64,000 bases of DNA from Octopus vulgaris. Its lineage: Eukaryota. The notes under the pieces were generated by a model that had not been told where the DNA came from, ran no database searches, and saw nothing but the letters and a program-made list of their open reading frames with translations. Position numbers and translations under genes: made by a program. Where the stretch lies: assembly GCA_951406725.2 (NCBI GenBank), contig OX597826.1, positions 10,664,001 to 10,728,000 of the forward strand. Reading direction: 5' to 3'. Each line of letters begins with the position of its first letter. Position 1 is the first letter of the stretch. Shown here piece after piece: positions 13,359 to 26,727 of this stretch.

Positions 13359-13633
13359 CATGTGTGTGTAGCAAATTTATTCACAGGATATTTTAAAAGA
13401 TATTGGTTAACCCAGGGCTATAATAGAAGATATTTGCCCATGGTGCTGTAGGGCAGGAGTGGTCTCAGAAACATGATTAGAGAGTGAACCTCTTAACCAC
13501 AGATGCACAAAATTGTACAATATGTACAATATAAAACAGGCTTGTCTAGATACATATACAAACATATATAAATACATGAATACGTTCATCGCACAAATAT
13601 ACAGATTAACAGGCAGACAAATATTTTACTTAC

Positions 13634-13772
13634 AACGTATAAGACCAGCAAAAGTCAACGCCAACATTATCCATATAATTGTATCTCTGTCCTAGACTCC
13701 ATGAACAGTTCAGTATTCGCCAGTCAAATACAATACACTTTATGGAATCCTTAGGAATTGGTACAAGTTTTT
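13634..13772 (-). CDS. Cytokine receptor CBM exon (EKLVPIPKDSIKCIVFDWRILNCSWSLGQRYNYMDNVGVDFCWSYTL)
   Basis: Poly-T plus CAG acceptor; GTAAGT donor; 139 nt, phase 1-2; C-X9-C-X-W signature of class I cytokine receptors. Confidence 0.9.
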
Positions 13773-13868
13773 CTGGTTAAAAAAAAAAAGAAAAAAAAAA
13801 CAAAGATAAATATCATCAGTAAAGAAACAGGCTTAACTGAAAAGAAATAAGACAAAACAAATAAAATA

Positions 13869-13899
<31 letters not shown>

Positions 13900-14558
13900 G
13901 TTTAACATCCGCTTCCCATGCTAGCATGGGTTGGACGATTTGACTGAGGTCTGGCAAACCAGACTCCAATCTGATCTGGCAGAGTTTCTACAGCTGGATG
14001 CCCTTCCTAACGCCAACCACTCCGAGAGTGTAGTGGATGCTTTTACGTGCCACTGGCACGAGGGCCAGTCAGGAGGTACTAGCAACGGCCACACTCAAAT
14101 GGTGCTTTTTATATGCCACCTGCACAGGAGCCAGTCCAGTGGCACTGGCAACACATATTTATATATATATATATATAAGCATATATACATAAAGAAGTAT
14201 ATATATATATTTATATATAAGCGTGAACAAATACATAAGTATATATAGCTGATCATGTATGGAAAAATGGAGACCGCCTCCCCCTGTGGGATGAAGTTAA
14301 AATAATAGACAGAAAACACCAGTGGAAAATATGAAAACTAAAAGAAGCAGCCCATGTGCTAGGACACAACAGCCTCCTAAGCAGACCAAGTGCAGATATG
14401 AACAGCATTTAGGAACTGGTATTAAGGAAGGATAGGAGAATATTAGATTTATAAGCTCTAAAATTCACTCTATAATTGCCCACGGACATATGGTGTAGTG
14501 GTTAAGAGTGTGGGCTACTAACACCAAGATTCCGAGTTTGATTTCAGGCAGTGACCTA

Positions 14559-14795
<237 letters not shown>

Positions 14796-14901
14796 ACCTG
14801 ATGAAGGCTGGAGGGTATATCAGTCAAAATGTTGTGTTAACAACAAACAAAATGAGGACAAATATCCGTCGAATGTAAGAATGTAAATAATATGCATATA
14901 A

Positions 14902-14934
<33 letters not shown>

Positions 14935-16984
14935 TACATACACACACACACACATATATGTTATATACATATATATATATCATCACTTTGCTACCCCTTC
15001 ATTAGGCCTATAAGACTGTATAAGACCATCCTCATCACTCTACATACCCTCTCATCTCTATGTATAATAAACTGTACTGAACCATCTGTATGCATTACAA
15101 TCAACTTTACTTTATCTGTGCTGCCATCCATCACTTTCTCTCTTCCTTCTGGAGCACTTCCATTTGGCAGTCATCACCTACTCTTACTATGCCCACATCT
15201 GCTAGTGACCATCGCTCCCCCTCACATCTTATTAACTGCTTCTACTCTTTTCCTCTTGCTCTTTTCATTCATCCATTCCTGCCTTCTGGCTTTCCTTTGT
15301 TCCTCCTCCTTGATTACATCACCTGAGAAGTATAAACCTTAGGCTTCTCTCTACACTTACACTATACAAAGCCATTCCATCCCAGCAGGCCCTCTAGAGT
15401 GATAGGTGGTTTAGGAGAAGTAAAGAAGGGTTGTGATGCTCTTTACAGCTGTTTCGCTGAAAACTTGACAATTTCTCCATTACTAGTACCATGCCGCAAC
15501 ACACTATAAAGTGGATGATGAATAAGCTGAGAAAGCATAAAGCTCTGCAGCCTTTTTAGTCAGTCTTATTCACTGCTCCAATGATGGTGCCATGAGAAAT
15601 TGCACCCAGTCATCATCATCATCATTTACTGTCCATTGTCCATGCTGGCATCGGTTGGATGGTTTGAATGGGCTGGCATGCTGGAAGGCTGCACTAGACT
15701 CCAGCCTGACTTGGCATGGTTTTCTACGAGTGGATGCTCTTCCTAACGCCTTTGCATGACACCGGGGTGCATTTTTGTGCCACTGGAATGGGTGGGTACA
15801 CTCATGCCAGAGTAAAATAGTTAGTGATAAGAAGGACATGCAACCATTAAAACCAAGCAAAAATGACATATGTCAAGCCAAGAGAAATCGTAGTCATGGC
15901 TGATGACAGTGTCACATAAGTGGCACCTGTGCTGGTGGCACGTAAAATGTACATCTCGATTGTTGGGCCTCACAGAGGCAATGTGGCCAATGCTGGTGTC
16001 ATGTAACTAGTACCCATGCTAATGGCATGTCAAAAGCACCTTTCAAGTGTGGGACTTCACAGAGGCAATGACAAATGATTGAGACCGTTGAGTCACAGCA
16101 GATAGTGGTGTCATGCAACTGGCACCAATGTTAGTGGCACATAAAAGCACCCATTACACTCTTGGAGTGGTTGGCATTAGGAAGGACATCCTGCCATAAA
16201 AACCTTGTCAAATCAGACTGGAGTCTGGTGCAGTCCTGGACAAACCACCAAACCCGTGCCAGCATACAAAACAGACATTAACCCTTTAGCATTTAAACCA
16301 GTCATATCCGGCCCAAATATTCTATCGGTTTTTCCTTCAAACTGGATAGATCTGGCTTCTCGCACCAACCCTACAGTGTCATTCTAAAAGTAGACACTCA
16401 CATCATTGAAATTTTTGAAGTTATGAGATAATTCATGATAAATTCAAAGCAGTGTGAATAAATAAAGATTACATTTGTAGGGACTAATCTGAACACTAAA
16501 GGGTTAATTGGTAATGATGAGCACTAATCTATGGGAACAGTAGCCTCCAATAAGAAAGGACTCTAAGCACAATGAATCTTCTAGCCTTGAATATGAAATA
16601 AAGACTATGTTGTTGTGGCCGTTGCCAGCGCCGCCCCAACTGGCCTCTGTGCCAGTGGCACGTAAAAAGCACCATCCGATCGTGGCCATTACCAGCCTCG
16701 CCTGGCCTCCGTGCCGGTGGCACGTAAAAAGCACCTTCCAATCTTGGCCGTTTGCCAGCCTCGTCTGGCACCTGTGTCAGTGGCACGTAAAAAGCACCCA
16801 CTACACTCATGGAGTGGTTGGCGTTAGGAAGGGCATCCAGCCGTAGAAACACTGCCAGATCAGACTGGGCCTGGTGCAGCCTTCTGGCTCCCCAGACCCC
16901 AGTTGAACCGTCCAACCCATGCTAGCATGGAAAGCGGATGCTTGATGATGATGATGATGACATATACAAAAACATGATACTTGC

Positions 16985-17230
16985 CTTCAACTTTAACCCA
17001 TTGGCCAGCATGGACTTGAGCATTGGAATATTTACACACAAAGCTGCCTGCCTCTTTACTACTGTTGTAGCATTTCTTCAAAGAAGCACTTGTCTTGTTG
17101 AATGTTGTTTCATTTGGAGAAGAATTGGTAAAATACAGCGCCGAAGCATCATCCAAAGTTGTGGAATTTAGTTTACAAGTAAATGTAATGCAATCTCCAA
17201 CAAAGACAAATGGATCATTTGGTTCCAAAA
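16985..17230 (-). CDS. Cytokine receptor Ig-like domain exon (ILEPNDPFVFVGDCITFTC...AGSFVCKY...WVKVE)
   Basis: TTTCTTTAG acceptor; AG|GCAAGT (GC) donor; 246 nt, phase 1-1; Ig-type Cys pair; several N-x-S/T sequons. Confidence 0.85.
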
Positions 17231-18931
17231 CTAAAGAAATAGAAAATATGTCAGTAAATGAATAAAGCATGGAAAATAGCCATTTCTTTGAGAATACAGA
17301 AAGTAACTTTTTCTAAGAAGGTTTACCCAGAAACTGCTTGGGCAGCATAACAGCACATAGCAGTGTGGACTATGCTTGGCACCAATCACCAATAAATAGA
17401 GCCGGAACCAACTGGACTTTATTGTTTTCTTTTTTATTTTGTTATAAAGATTTGGGTAGTAAGCATTGACCAATAACACACCCATTTCATATGTTCCATG
17501 GATACACAAAATATGGGCTTTTATGAATTCCTGTTGGAAATGTTCCACCTGGGATCATCCCAATCTTTAAAAGCAAATTGTTCTTGCGTTTTTTTTTTCT
17601 TTAAGCCAAATTTTTTCCTGCTGGTGTTGAAATACGAAAACTTAAAACGGAATATCAACTGAATCAAGTATACCAGTTTGTGAGGTCCTACAAAGGGCTC
17701 AGCCATGATACTGCATCCTCAAATAAATTACAACAGCAGAAATTGATACCGGTGCTGGTGCCACGTTAAAAGCACTGGTGCTGGTGCCACATAAAAAATA
17801 CCCAATTCACTCTATGGCATGGTTTGCATTAGGAAGGGCATCCAGTTGTGGAAACAATACTAGAACAGGCAACGGATCCTGGTGTGACCCCTGGCCTTAA
17901 CAGCATCAGTCAAACCATCCAAACCATGCCAGATGTTAAATGATGAAGGGGATTTATAAATAACAATGGGGAAACAAAATATTCAATAATGTAGAGCAAG
18001 ATGTAAGCTTTTGAAAGATCAAAACCATAATGTCACAATGCAGTAAGCTCATCCTAGTTGAAAGGATTCCGCTTCACTTATGCTGCTAATAAATGAATAA
18101 ACGTATGTCCCAGTTTCACTTCATCCTACCTTCTCTAAAACAATAAAGCCTTCGTCCTTGGTCTACTTATGTTATTGATAAAGATGTGAACAAAACACAT
18201 ACATGTAGAACACTTCAGCTCCAGATCAATCATGATGATTGAGCAGAACTGCAATGAAAGACATTCTGGCCATAGCCATGAGAGTTTTTCTTTTCTTTTT
18301 TGCTAATGATAATAATAATGATAATAATAATAATGATAATAATAATAATAATGATAATAATAATAATAATAATAAATGCCCTGATGCAGTACCAGGCAGT
18401 GGCTCTCATGGCTTCTGATCTTAACTGATTGGAAGTGTTATCATGTACATTGTTTTGTCTTGGTATAAAAGATGGGCTACAGCAAATATTCTGCTCAATA
18501 CCACAGATTTGCTTGTCAGTTGTTTGACCTTAACCAGTTGAGCATGTCCCTTAGTGGCTGACGATATGTGCATCTCTGATCACGAGCAGAAGTAGTGGGG
18601 GAGCATCATAGCCATGTGTTGAGAAGGATTCTTTGGGGTTTGAATAATTCACCTCTGGAAACATGGGTGTTCCGTTCAACGTCCTTAAACAACCCTTATT
18701 CAGGGACCTTTTGAGCGGGATGGGTTACTCGATCTGAAGAAAATTCTAACTGGGTTCCACCTGCAAGGTCATGTGCTGTTTATCTTGATATGAGATCACC
18801 ATGTCGCGCACATATGGTTGTGATGCATGTGCCTGGTGTACCCTTATCAGACGGGTAGTCATGATGGGTATACTGGGCTTCGTATATTTTACCCCAGTGT
18901 CACTTTGATGGCATGCTCTGCTCGCTCACTC

Positions 18932-18963
<32 letters not shown>

Positions 18964-19246
18964 TTATAATAATAATAATAAAAATTATAATAATAATAAG
19001 AAGAAGAAGGAGGAGGAGGAGGAGGAGATGAAGATGAAGGAGAAGGAGGAGGAGGAGGAAGAGGAGAAGAAGGAGAAGATGAAGGAGAAGATGAAGGAGG
19101 AGGAGGAAGAGGAGGAGGAAGAGGAGGAGAAGCAGGAGAAGATGAAGGAAGAAGGAAGAGGAAGAGGAAGGAGGAGGAGGAGGAGGAGGAGAAGAAGAAG
19201 AAGAAGAAGAAGAAGAAGAAGAAGAAGAAGAAGAAGAAGAAGAAGA
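18932..19246. repeat. Compound (AAT)n-(GAG/AAG)n microsatellite
   Basis: Seen directly. Confidence 0.95.
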
Positions 19247-19280
19247 GGGCAAACGGTAAAGGGGAAGTCACAGTACTTAC

Positions 19281-19341
19281 TTAATTTATCATAGCTATTA
19301 GTCACTGGGAGAAACAGGAGCAAGACTAGTAGAACCAACAT
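19281..19341 (-). CDS. Class I cytokine receptor (gp130/Domeless-like), signal-peptide exon MLVLLVLLLFLPVTNSYDKL; the exon itself spans 19281-19349
   Basis: Polypyrimidine tract and CAG acceptor at 19350; GTAAGT donor at 19280-19275; hydrophobic signal-peptide-like ORF; phase-1 end joins the Ig exon in frame. Confidence 0.8.
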
Positions 19342-19446
19342 ATTCAAAGCTGTGGTCATGGAAGGAGAAAGACAGAAAAAAAGAACATTTAAGAAAAATA
19401 AAACTTCAAAAGGAAAAAAAAAAAGCCATAACATTTACTGTGATTA

Positions 19447-20452
19447 TCTTTATATATATTAAACTGAGAATGTGTGTCTGTCTGTGTGTTTCCCTAAAAC
19501 TTGAGAACTACACAACCAATTTCATTCAAATTTTACACATGCCTTACTTAGGGTCCGGGGAGTGTCATCGGCAAAAAGAATTTTAACATTTTGCCTAGGG
19601 CAAGCCCACAGCAATATCATATCTTCTCCACTACGATTCCCTAAAACTTGAGAACTACACAACCAATTTCATTCAAATTTTACACATGCCTTACTTAGGG
19701 TCCGGGGAGTGTCATCGGCAAAAAGAATTTTAACATTTTGCCTAGGGCAAGCCCACAGCAATATCATATCTTCTCCACTACGATTCCCTAAAACTTGAGA
19801 ACTACACAACCAATTTCATTCAAATTTTGCACCTGCCTTACTTAGAATCCATGTAGTTTCATAGGCAACTTCTTGCCTAGGGCGAGCCCATAGCAATATC
19901 ATATCTTCTCCACTATTTCAGTATTACGTGTTAAAAGTGAAACAAAATCATTTCTCTATTTTATGTAAGATACTTTCACTTTAACAATAAAAATAATAAT
20001 AACAATTGAATTATATGTAGTAAGTAATAATTAAAATCAAACTAAAGTATAATATAATCGTAGCATACAAAAGTAAAAATAGCAATTGGTATAAAATTGC
20101 ATCAATGATTTGAACTTGAATAAGTGGTTTCACATGAATGGGAATAAATTAAAAATAAAATTAACGTGCAGAAATGGAATAGTCCAGATGGATAATAAAA
20201 AATTAAATTAAAGAAAAGACTATTGTCTATAAAGTATACAATGTAGAGAAAAAAGAAGAGCTAACAATTCCAGTCTGTTATATATTTTGAGTATTGTTAT
20301 CACTAGCGATATCAAGATATAACTTTGTATTTTGCATTTTATGTGTAGATGTATATATATAGATGTACATGTAATATACACACACACATATATATACACA
20401 TATATACATGCACTAACACTATGACCCGGCAATGACAGGTCTTTAATGCTAG
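19447..20452 (+). mobile_element. Non-autonomous Helitron-like element with internal 147-bp x3 tandem repeat (19491, 19638, 19785)
   Basis: A|TC 5' end followed by (TA)n and (TGTC)n; 3' hairpin GACCCGGCAATGACAGGTC then CTAG|T. Confidence 0.7.
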
Positions 20453-21179
20453 TATTTAATTAAAAAGTATTTAAAAAATTTTTTTTACTTGTTTCAGTCA
20501 TTGGATTGTGGCCATGCTGGGGCATTGCCTTGAAGGATTTAACCAAACAAACTGACCCCCATAGCTTATTTTTTTAAAGTCTTGTACATATTCTATCAGT
20601 CTCTATTGCTGAACTTCTAAGTTACAGTTATGTGTATGTATGTATGGCAGGCTTCTTTCAGTTTCTTCTCTACCAAACTCACAAAATCTTGTTCAGGTAA
20701 TAGCTATAGTAAAAGATAGTTGCCCAAGGTGCCACGCAGCGGGACTGAACCTTAAACCATGTTGTTCAGAAGCAAACAGCCATACCTGCACCTACATTTA
20801 TAATAGAGCAGTATTTGTGCCAAAATAGTGCACTGTCTTGAAGGGTCTATCGAACACATCAATCCTAGTATTTATAAATTTTTTAAAGTCTGGTAGTTAT
20901 TCCATCAGTCTCTTTTGCCAAACCATTAAACTACAGTGATATAAACAAACCAACACCAGTTGTCAAGTGGTGTGGGGACAAACACAAATTCACAGACATA
21001 TGACAGGCTTCTACACAGTTTCCATCTACCAAATTTGTTCATAAGGCATTGGTCATCCTAAATCCATAGTAGAAGATACTTCTCCAAGGTAACACACAGT
21101 GGGAGTGAATCCAAAACCAGGCAGTTGCAAAACAAACTTATTAACCACACAGTTATGTCTGTCCCCATATATATATATA

Positions 21180-21745
21180 TTGTGTTGTCCGGAAAGTTTG
21201 TGCCGATTTTTAAAGGAAAGGAAAAGATCAATAAATACTTGCCATTACATTTTTAATCAACCAAATATGAACCATCTTGTTGCACAATGCGTCTCCATTT
21301 TCCCTTTAACTTGAAAATACCCTCTTCCCAGAACTGAGATGGTTTCATGGCAAAGAATTCATCAACGTATCTTTTTACGTCATCCAAGGAATTGAAATTT
21401 TTACCATTAAGACTATTCTGTAGAGATCTGAATAAGTGGAAATCTGAAGGAGCAATATCTGGTAAATATGGAGGGTGGGGTAACACATCCCAGCTGAGCT
21501 GTAGCAAGTTTTATCTGGTTCCCAAAGCACCAAGTGCCGAAAATGAACTTTCTTATCTTCTATTTTAAAGGGTTACAGAATTAACACAGGTTATAGGAAC
21601 ATAAACATTCTTCCATGAAAAGATAGCTTAAACTGTGCTCTAAATGGAGGTGTAGTCAAATCCTATTTTATAGACTCAACCATGTTCTAAAATAAGTCGA
21701 AAGGTAAGCTACTATAAATCGGCATGAACTTTCCGGACAACTCAA
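21180..21745 (-). mobile_element. Internally deleted mariner transposon
   Basis: About 30-bp TIRs (TTGTGTTGTCCGGAAAGT.../...ACTTTCCGGACAACTCAA) within (TA)n; ORF 21253-21507 has HPPYLPDIAPSDFHLF (YSPDLAPxD motif). Confidence 0.92.
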
Positions 21746-22280
21746 TATATATATATATATATATAATAATTATTATTTGAGGGAATATTAATCCTAACTC
21801 ACAATATATACGTTTTTATTATTTTTTTGCAATTTACTTAATCATTGGTATTTTATTGTTATTTCAAGTTTAATATTTCTATTATATGTAATTTTCAAGA
21901 TGGTGTAATTTAATTGTTCATTTTGAATTGATAAAAGGTTTTTTTTCTAATTTATATATATATATATATATACACACACATGATGATGATGGACCCTCCT
22001 ATCAAAGAGGACGTATGATTGTTCAGCTTGTGCTGAATGACCTGCACAAATGATTTGTTTATATTGATCAAATGTTAACACTGCACATTAGCTCACTGCC
22101 TTCATCAAATCAATGTTGCCTGAACAGGTGCATGCAATGTAGCATGCATCAGGTGTCGAAGTGATCACGTAGCAACGTGAGATGAAGTGTTTTGCTCAAG
22201 AACACAATGCACCACTGAATCTAGGAATTGAAACCATGATCTCACAATCATGAGTACAACACCCTAACCACTAGCCCATG

Positions 22281-22327
<47 letters not shown>

Positions 22328-22329
22328 AA

Positions 22330-22810
22330 TAGGGAGTAAATCCAAATTTACAGGGGGAAATTAGATTTAGGATTAAATCTAATTTCACAGTATGAATATA
22401 AATTAAATTAGAGATAAAACCACTATTAGGCAAATCAAACAGTGAAAACATAAGCCAAACATAAAAATAAAAATAAAAAATATAATTTACAAAATATATA
22501 AAATATGATTTAAAATTTAAATTTAAAATTATTAATTTATATTTATATTTATAATTTTTTTTTTAATTATAAATATATAAATATAAATTAATAATTTTAA
22601 ATTTAAATAAATAAATTTGAATTTTATATTTTGTTATTTTTATTTTTATGTTTGCTTAACTGTTTATTTGCTTTAAATAATAAATTAAATTTTGAATTTT
22701 ATATTTTGTAAATTATATTTTTTATTTTTATTTTTATGTTTGGCTTATGTTTTTCACTGTTTGATTTGCGGAACTAATAGTGGTTACCATTTTATCTCTA
22801 ATTTAATTTG
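22330..22810. repeat. AT-rich fold-back related to the 53125 element
   Basis: Shares the AAATCCAAATTTACAGGG..GATTTAGGATTAAATC start; arms 22401-22497 / 22700-22809. Confidence 0.6.
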
Positions 22811-22865
22811 GTTAGCTTTTGGCTGTTATTTCTAGTGGGTTGATTATATATATATATATATCAAA

Positions 22866-22908
<43 letters not shown>

Positions 22909-23199
22909 AATGGGGGAAAAAGTGACTGAGATGAGGTTTGGGGATAGAATATGGTCTTACAAGTTGTGAAATGACATACTTTTGAATGTTTTCCTTTTTA
23001 TTTTTTACTGCTTCATCAGAAGAAGGAACACATGACCATTTGCAGGGTTATCTAACAGGAAACCTGACACAAGTGTTTGCTACAGAGAGGGCTATTTTAA
23101 AGCCACTTTTAGGTCAAGTGATGTTGCAAAACCAGTTGACATATTAAGCCTACCATGCAGAAATACATATATACATACCATACATACATGTACAACATG

Positions 23200-23251
<52 letters not shown>

Positions 23252-23811
23252 CTTAATCATATCAAAGGGAAAGGGAAATTAATTATTAAAATTATCATTT
23301 CCAGTGGCCTAACATGTAAAAATTTAGTCATAAAATACACTCTAGTTCTATATTTAAGAGATGAGGAATTATGTACATTATTTACATTTGATGGATATTT
23401 GTCCTCATCTTGTTTGTTGTTTTGGTTGATATACCCTCCAGCCTTCATCAAATGTCTTGGGAAAATTTTGAGTCTGGGTTCTCATTCCTAAGGTATTTTT
23501 CGGTGTAATTATTATTATTATCATTATTATTCAGGTCACAGCCTGGAATCGAACTTGGAATCTTGGGGTTAGTAGCCTGTACTCTTAACCACTACACCAT
23601 ATGACATGGGCAATTATGGAGTGTATTTTAGAGCTTATAAATCTAATATTTTCCTATCTTTCCTTAATGCTGGTTCCCATATGCTATTCATATCTGCACT
23701 CAGTCTGCTTAAGAGGTTGTTGTATTCTAGCATATGTGCAGTTTCTTTCAGGTTCTCTCTCTCACTCTCTCTCTCACAAACACACAAGGTTGAAAAGGAA
23801 CACACGAGTTG

Positions 23812-25775
23812 ATATATATGGAAAAAAAGTCAAGGTAGAAAATGCTAAAATAATTTTATAAAAAACATTTCAGTAATGGTTTCAGTCATTGAGACTTTTT
23901 CAACTGTAAGTATGGAAAACAATTAAATTTTGAAAAAATTAAAAGAAAAATTTTTTGTAAAAGAAAATTTGTATAGTATTCAAATACAGAGGGCATTTTC
24001 CTTGTTTCTGCCTGTTTACTCTTGTGGTTTCGAGGTTATTGTGAATTCTTGGTAGGGAATAATAATAATAATAATAATGATGATGATGCGGGAGTGCTAT
24101 GATAATAGTTTGTTAAATGGTCAAGTGCCCTGAAAGTGACCCGTTGTTGATAGTAGTAGTGATTGAATTCTTGAGACATCTCTTTTGAATGTTTTGTTTA
24201 TAAAATTTGCGTAGGTGTTATTCTAAACAGCAATAGTGGTAAAGTTAGAAAGGAGGTGGCAGAGAAGAAGAAGACGAAGAAGAAGGGAGAATAAGAAGGA
24301 ATGTAGGTGGTATGGTAGCAGTAGGGTGTTAAATGGATTTTAGGTCTCTCATTATTTTCTGCTGACTGTAGCGTTGGGCCTTTTCATAATATGTTGTGTC
24401 TTCCAGTATGGATAGTACTAGAGTTATATAGAATACTGTGTCCATTAAGATAACTGCACTCCCTTTATCAGCTTCTTTGTTTGTTATTGTTTTGTCATCT
24501 TTTAATTTGTTCAGCTCAGCCCATTCCTTTTTGCTGAAGTTTGGGTTGTGTTTTTGTTTGTGCATATATTGATATGGGTAATTCGAGATGTGTTCACAGA
24601 AATGATCAAGAGTTTTGTTCTTACTTTTTGAGGGGGTGTAGTTACTTCTATTTTGGACCAACAATTCGTCCTTGTTGTATTTGTCATATAGCTCCTCAGC
24701 GAGTCATAATTTTCTACAGAATTCCGTGATGTCTTCTTTCATTTCATTGTCATTGGGGCGTTGTTGGGTGGGTGTAAACTTGAGCCCTTCGGAGAGTATA
24801 TTGATTTGGTTTGCTGTTAGTTCTTTGTGAGTTACATTGATGATTTTTATCACTTTTGATGCCTCCTGTCTATTTGGTGCTATCTTGTGTCTCTGTGTTT
24901 GCATATTGGGTTTAAAAAATGATTGCGGTGGTTGGGATGGTAGATCTTATTTAGATGTTCCTTGTTTTTATGGGGTGCCCTGTTGTGATTTATGGTGTGG
25001 GTTCTTAGAACAATATTGAAAAGTGTGTCCTGATATCCCATGTTCATATGTGGTGTTTTAGGAGGCCATTGTTGGTAATTATTGCGTGTGGTACAGGTTT
25101 ATTGTTCATAGTTGTTTAGTAGATTGTTGGAATGAAAATTTTATTGGTAACTCCTTAGTGGGGGGAGGTTGCAATGTCTATCTTGTGGGTAGTAATTTTT
25201 CCTTTCACTGTTTGAAGTTAGGGCACTCCCGATATTGTATCACTGGTGGCTTACAAAGTTAGGGTTAGATCCTGTATTCTTTTTTTGGTAGGGGTGATGG
25301 TTCCGATTTTTAGACAGGTGTGAATCAGTGTTTGAGTGTTGTTTTGATTTTCTTATTTTCAGGAAAGGGTTGTTGGAAGCGTGCTCTGTTTTATAAACAA
25401 AACATTCAAAAGAGATGTCTCAAGAATTCAATCACTTCTACCATCCACAATGAGTCACTTTCAGGGCAATTGACCATTTAATATACTACTATCATGGCAC
25501 TCCTGCATCCTTATTCTTCTTCCCTACCAAGAATTCACAACAACCTCGAACCCACAAGAGTAAACAAGAGAGTCAGAGATGGGCAGAAACAAGGAAAGTG
25601 CGCTTTGTATTTGAATACTATGCAAATATTCTTTTAAAAAAACTTTCCTTTTAATTTTTTCCAAAATTTAATTGTTTTCCATATTTACAGTTGAGAAAGT
25701 CTCAATGACTGAAACCGGTACTGAAATGGTTTTTATTCTAGCATTTTCTACCCTGACTTTTTTTTCCATATATAT
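23812..25775 (-). mobile_element. Penelope-like retroelement fragment flanked by inverted pseudo-LTRs of about 390 bp
   Basis: Minus-strand ORF pieces 24329-24904 contain LSEGLKFTPT and KEADKGSAVILMD (PLE RT N-terminal motifs); 23812-24205 is the reverse complement of 25389-25775. Confidence 0.8.
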
Positions 25776-26124
25776 ACAAAATTAAGAGGAATAACCACTA
25801 AAGTGGACACATAATATGCTAAACATAGATGTCAAATCGCCATTACCATGAAGAATGTGTCCTTAAGAAAAATCTCAGCAAAATGCCAAAATGTAAAAGT
25901 GAACAAGACAAATGAAAATATACGAATTAAAAAACGATTACCTAAATATGCTAAGCCACTGGTTTTAATTGATTAATATCAATTTCTACCCTTTTTATCT
26001 AATATATATATATGTATATATGTATGTATGTATGTATCACACACTCAATAATAGACTCATAAAATACACTTTCACACACACACACATTAACTCATACATG
26101 CAAACACACAGTGACACAACTATT

Positions 26125-26400
26125 GTACTTCCAGAGCGTTGGCTGCAAGGTCATTCCGAAAAGCTCTATCTGCGACAATTTCATCTCAATCGAAGGAGAG
26201 GGGCTTTCTCCGTCCGGGTTGCGGATCCGTGGAATAAGCTGCCAGATGAGATGGTGAAGATGCTGACGACTGCTCGGTTCAAAGTCTCCCTTGACCTCAA
26301 GTGGCCTGAACTCTTTACATGAACACCACCCTGTACATAACTCCATGTCCCCCTACATGGCCTTGCTTTTTGAGCCAAAAAATTAACTAACTAACTAAAT
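26125..26400 (+). mobile_element. CR1-clade LINE 3' fragment
   Basis: LQGHSEKL...RRRGAFSVRVADPWNKLP...FKVSLD; (AACT)n tail. Confidence 0.8.
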
Positions 26401-26606
26401 ATTTACGTATGCACATATATCTCGCATGTATATAACAAACCATCAACATATGCACACACTTGAGAAAAAGGCTCACTGCCATGCACACACATAATAAATA
26501 ATATAATAAGGGGATGATGAATAATAAAATCATACAGTGTCTTGCTTTTATCTTGCTGGATAATAGATAAGCGGTAATGAGGTGAATTACTGCAACAGAT
26601 ACAAAC

Positions 26607-26727
26607 CTTTTGCATATTTGATACTCGGTTAATTAGAAGCAGAATGAATCTTTGAAGGGCTGGGCTTTGATTTGTGTGTATATATCACAACGTCCAAGTT
26701 GTTTCCAGGATAATGTAAAAGTATTAT
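26607..26727 (-). other. Candidate 5' UTR exon of the cytokine receptor gene
   Basis: Long poly-T tract and GTAG acceptor at 26728; possible donors AAG|GTTTGT (26606) or A|GTGAGC (26476); unique, non-repeat sequence. Confidence 0.35.

Noticed and set aside
18827-19294. Poly-E/R/S ORFs
   Set aside because: Trinucleotide microsatellite; only 19281-19341 on the minus strand is coding
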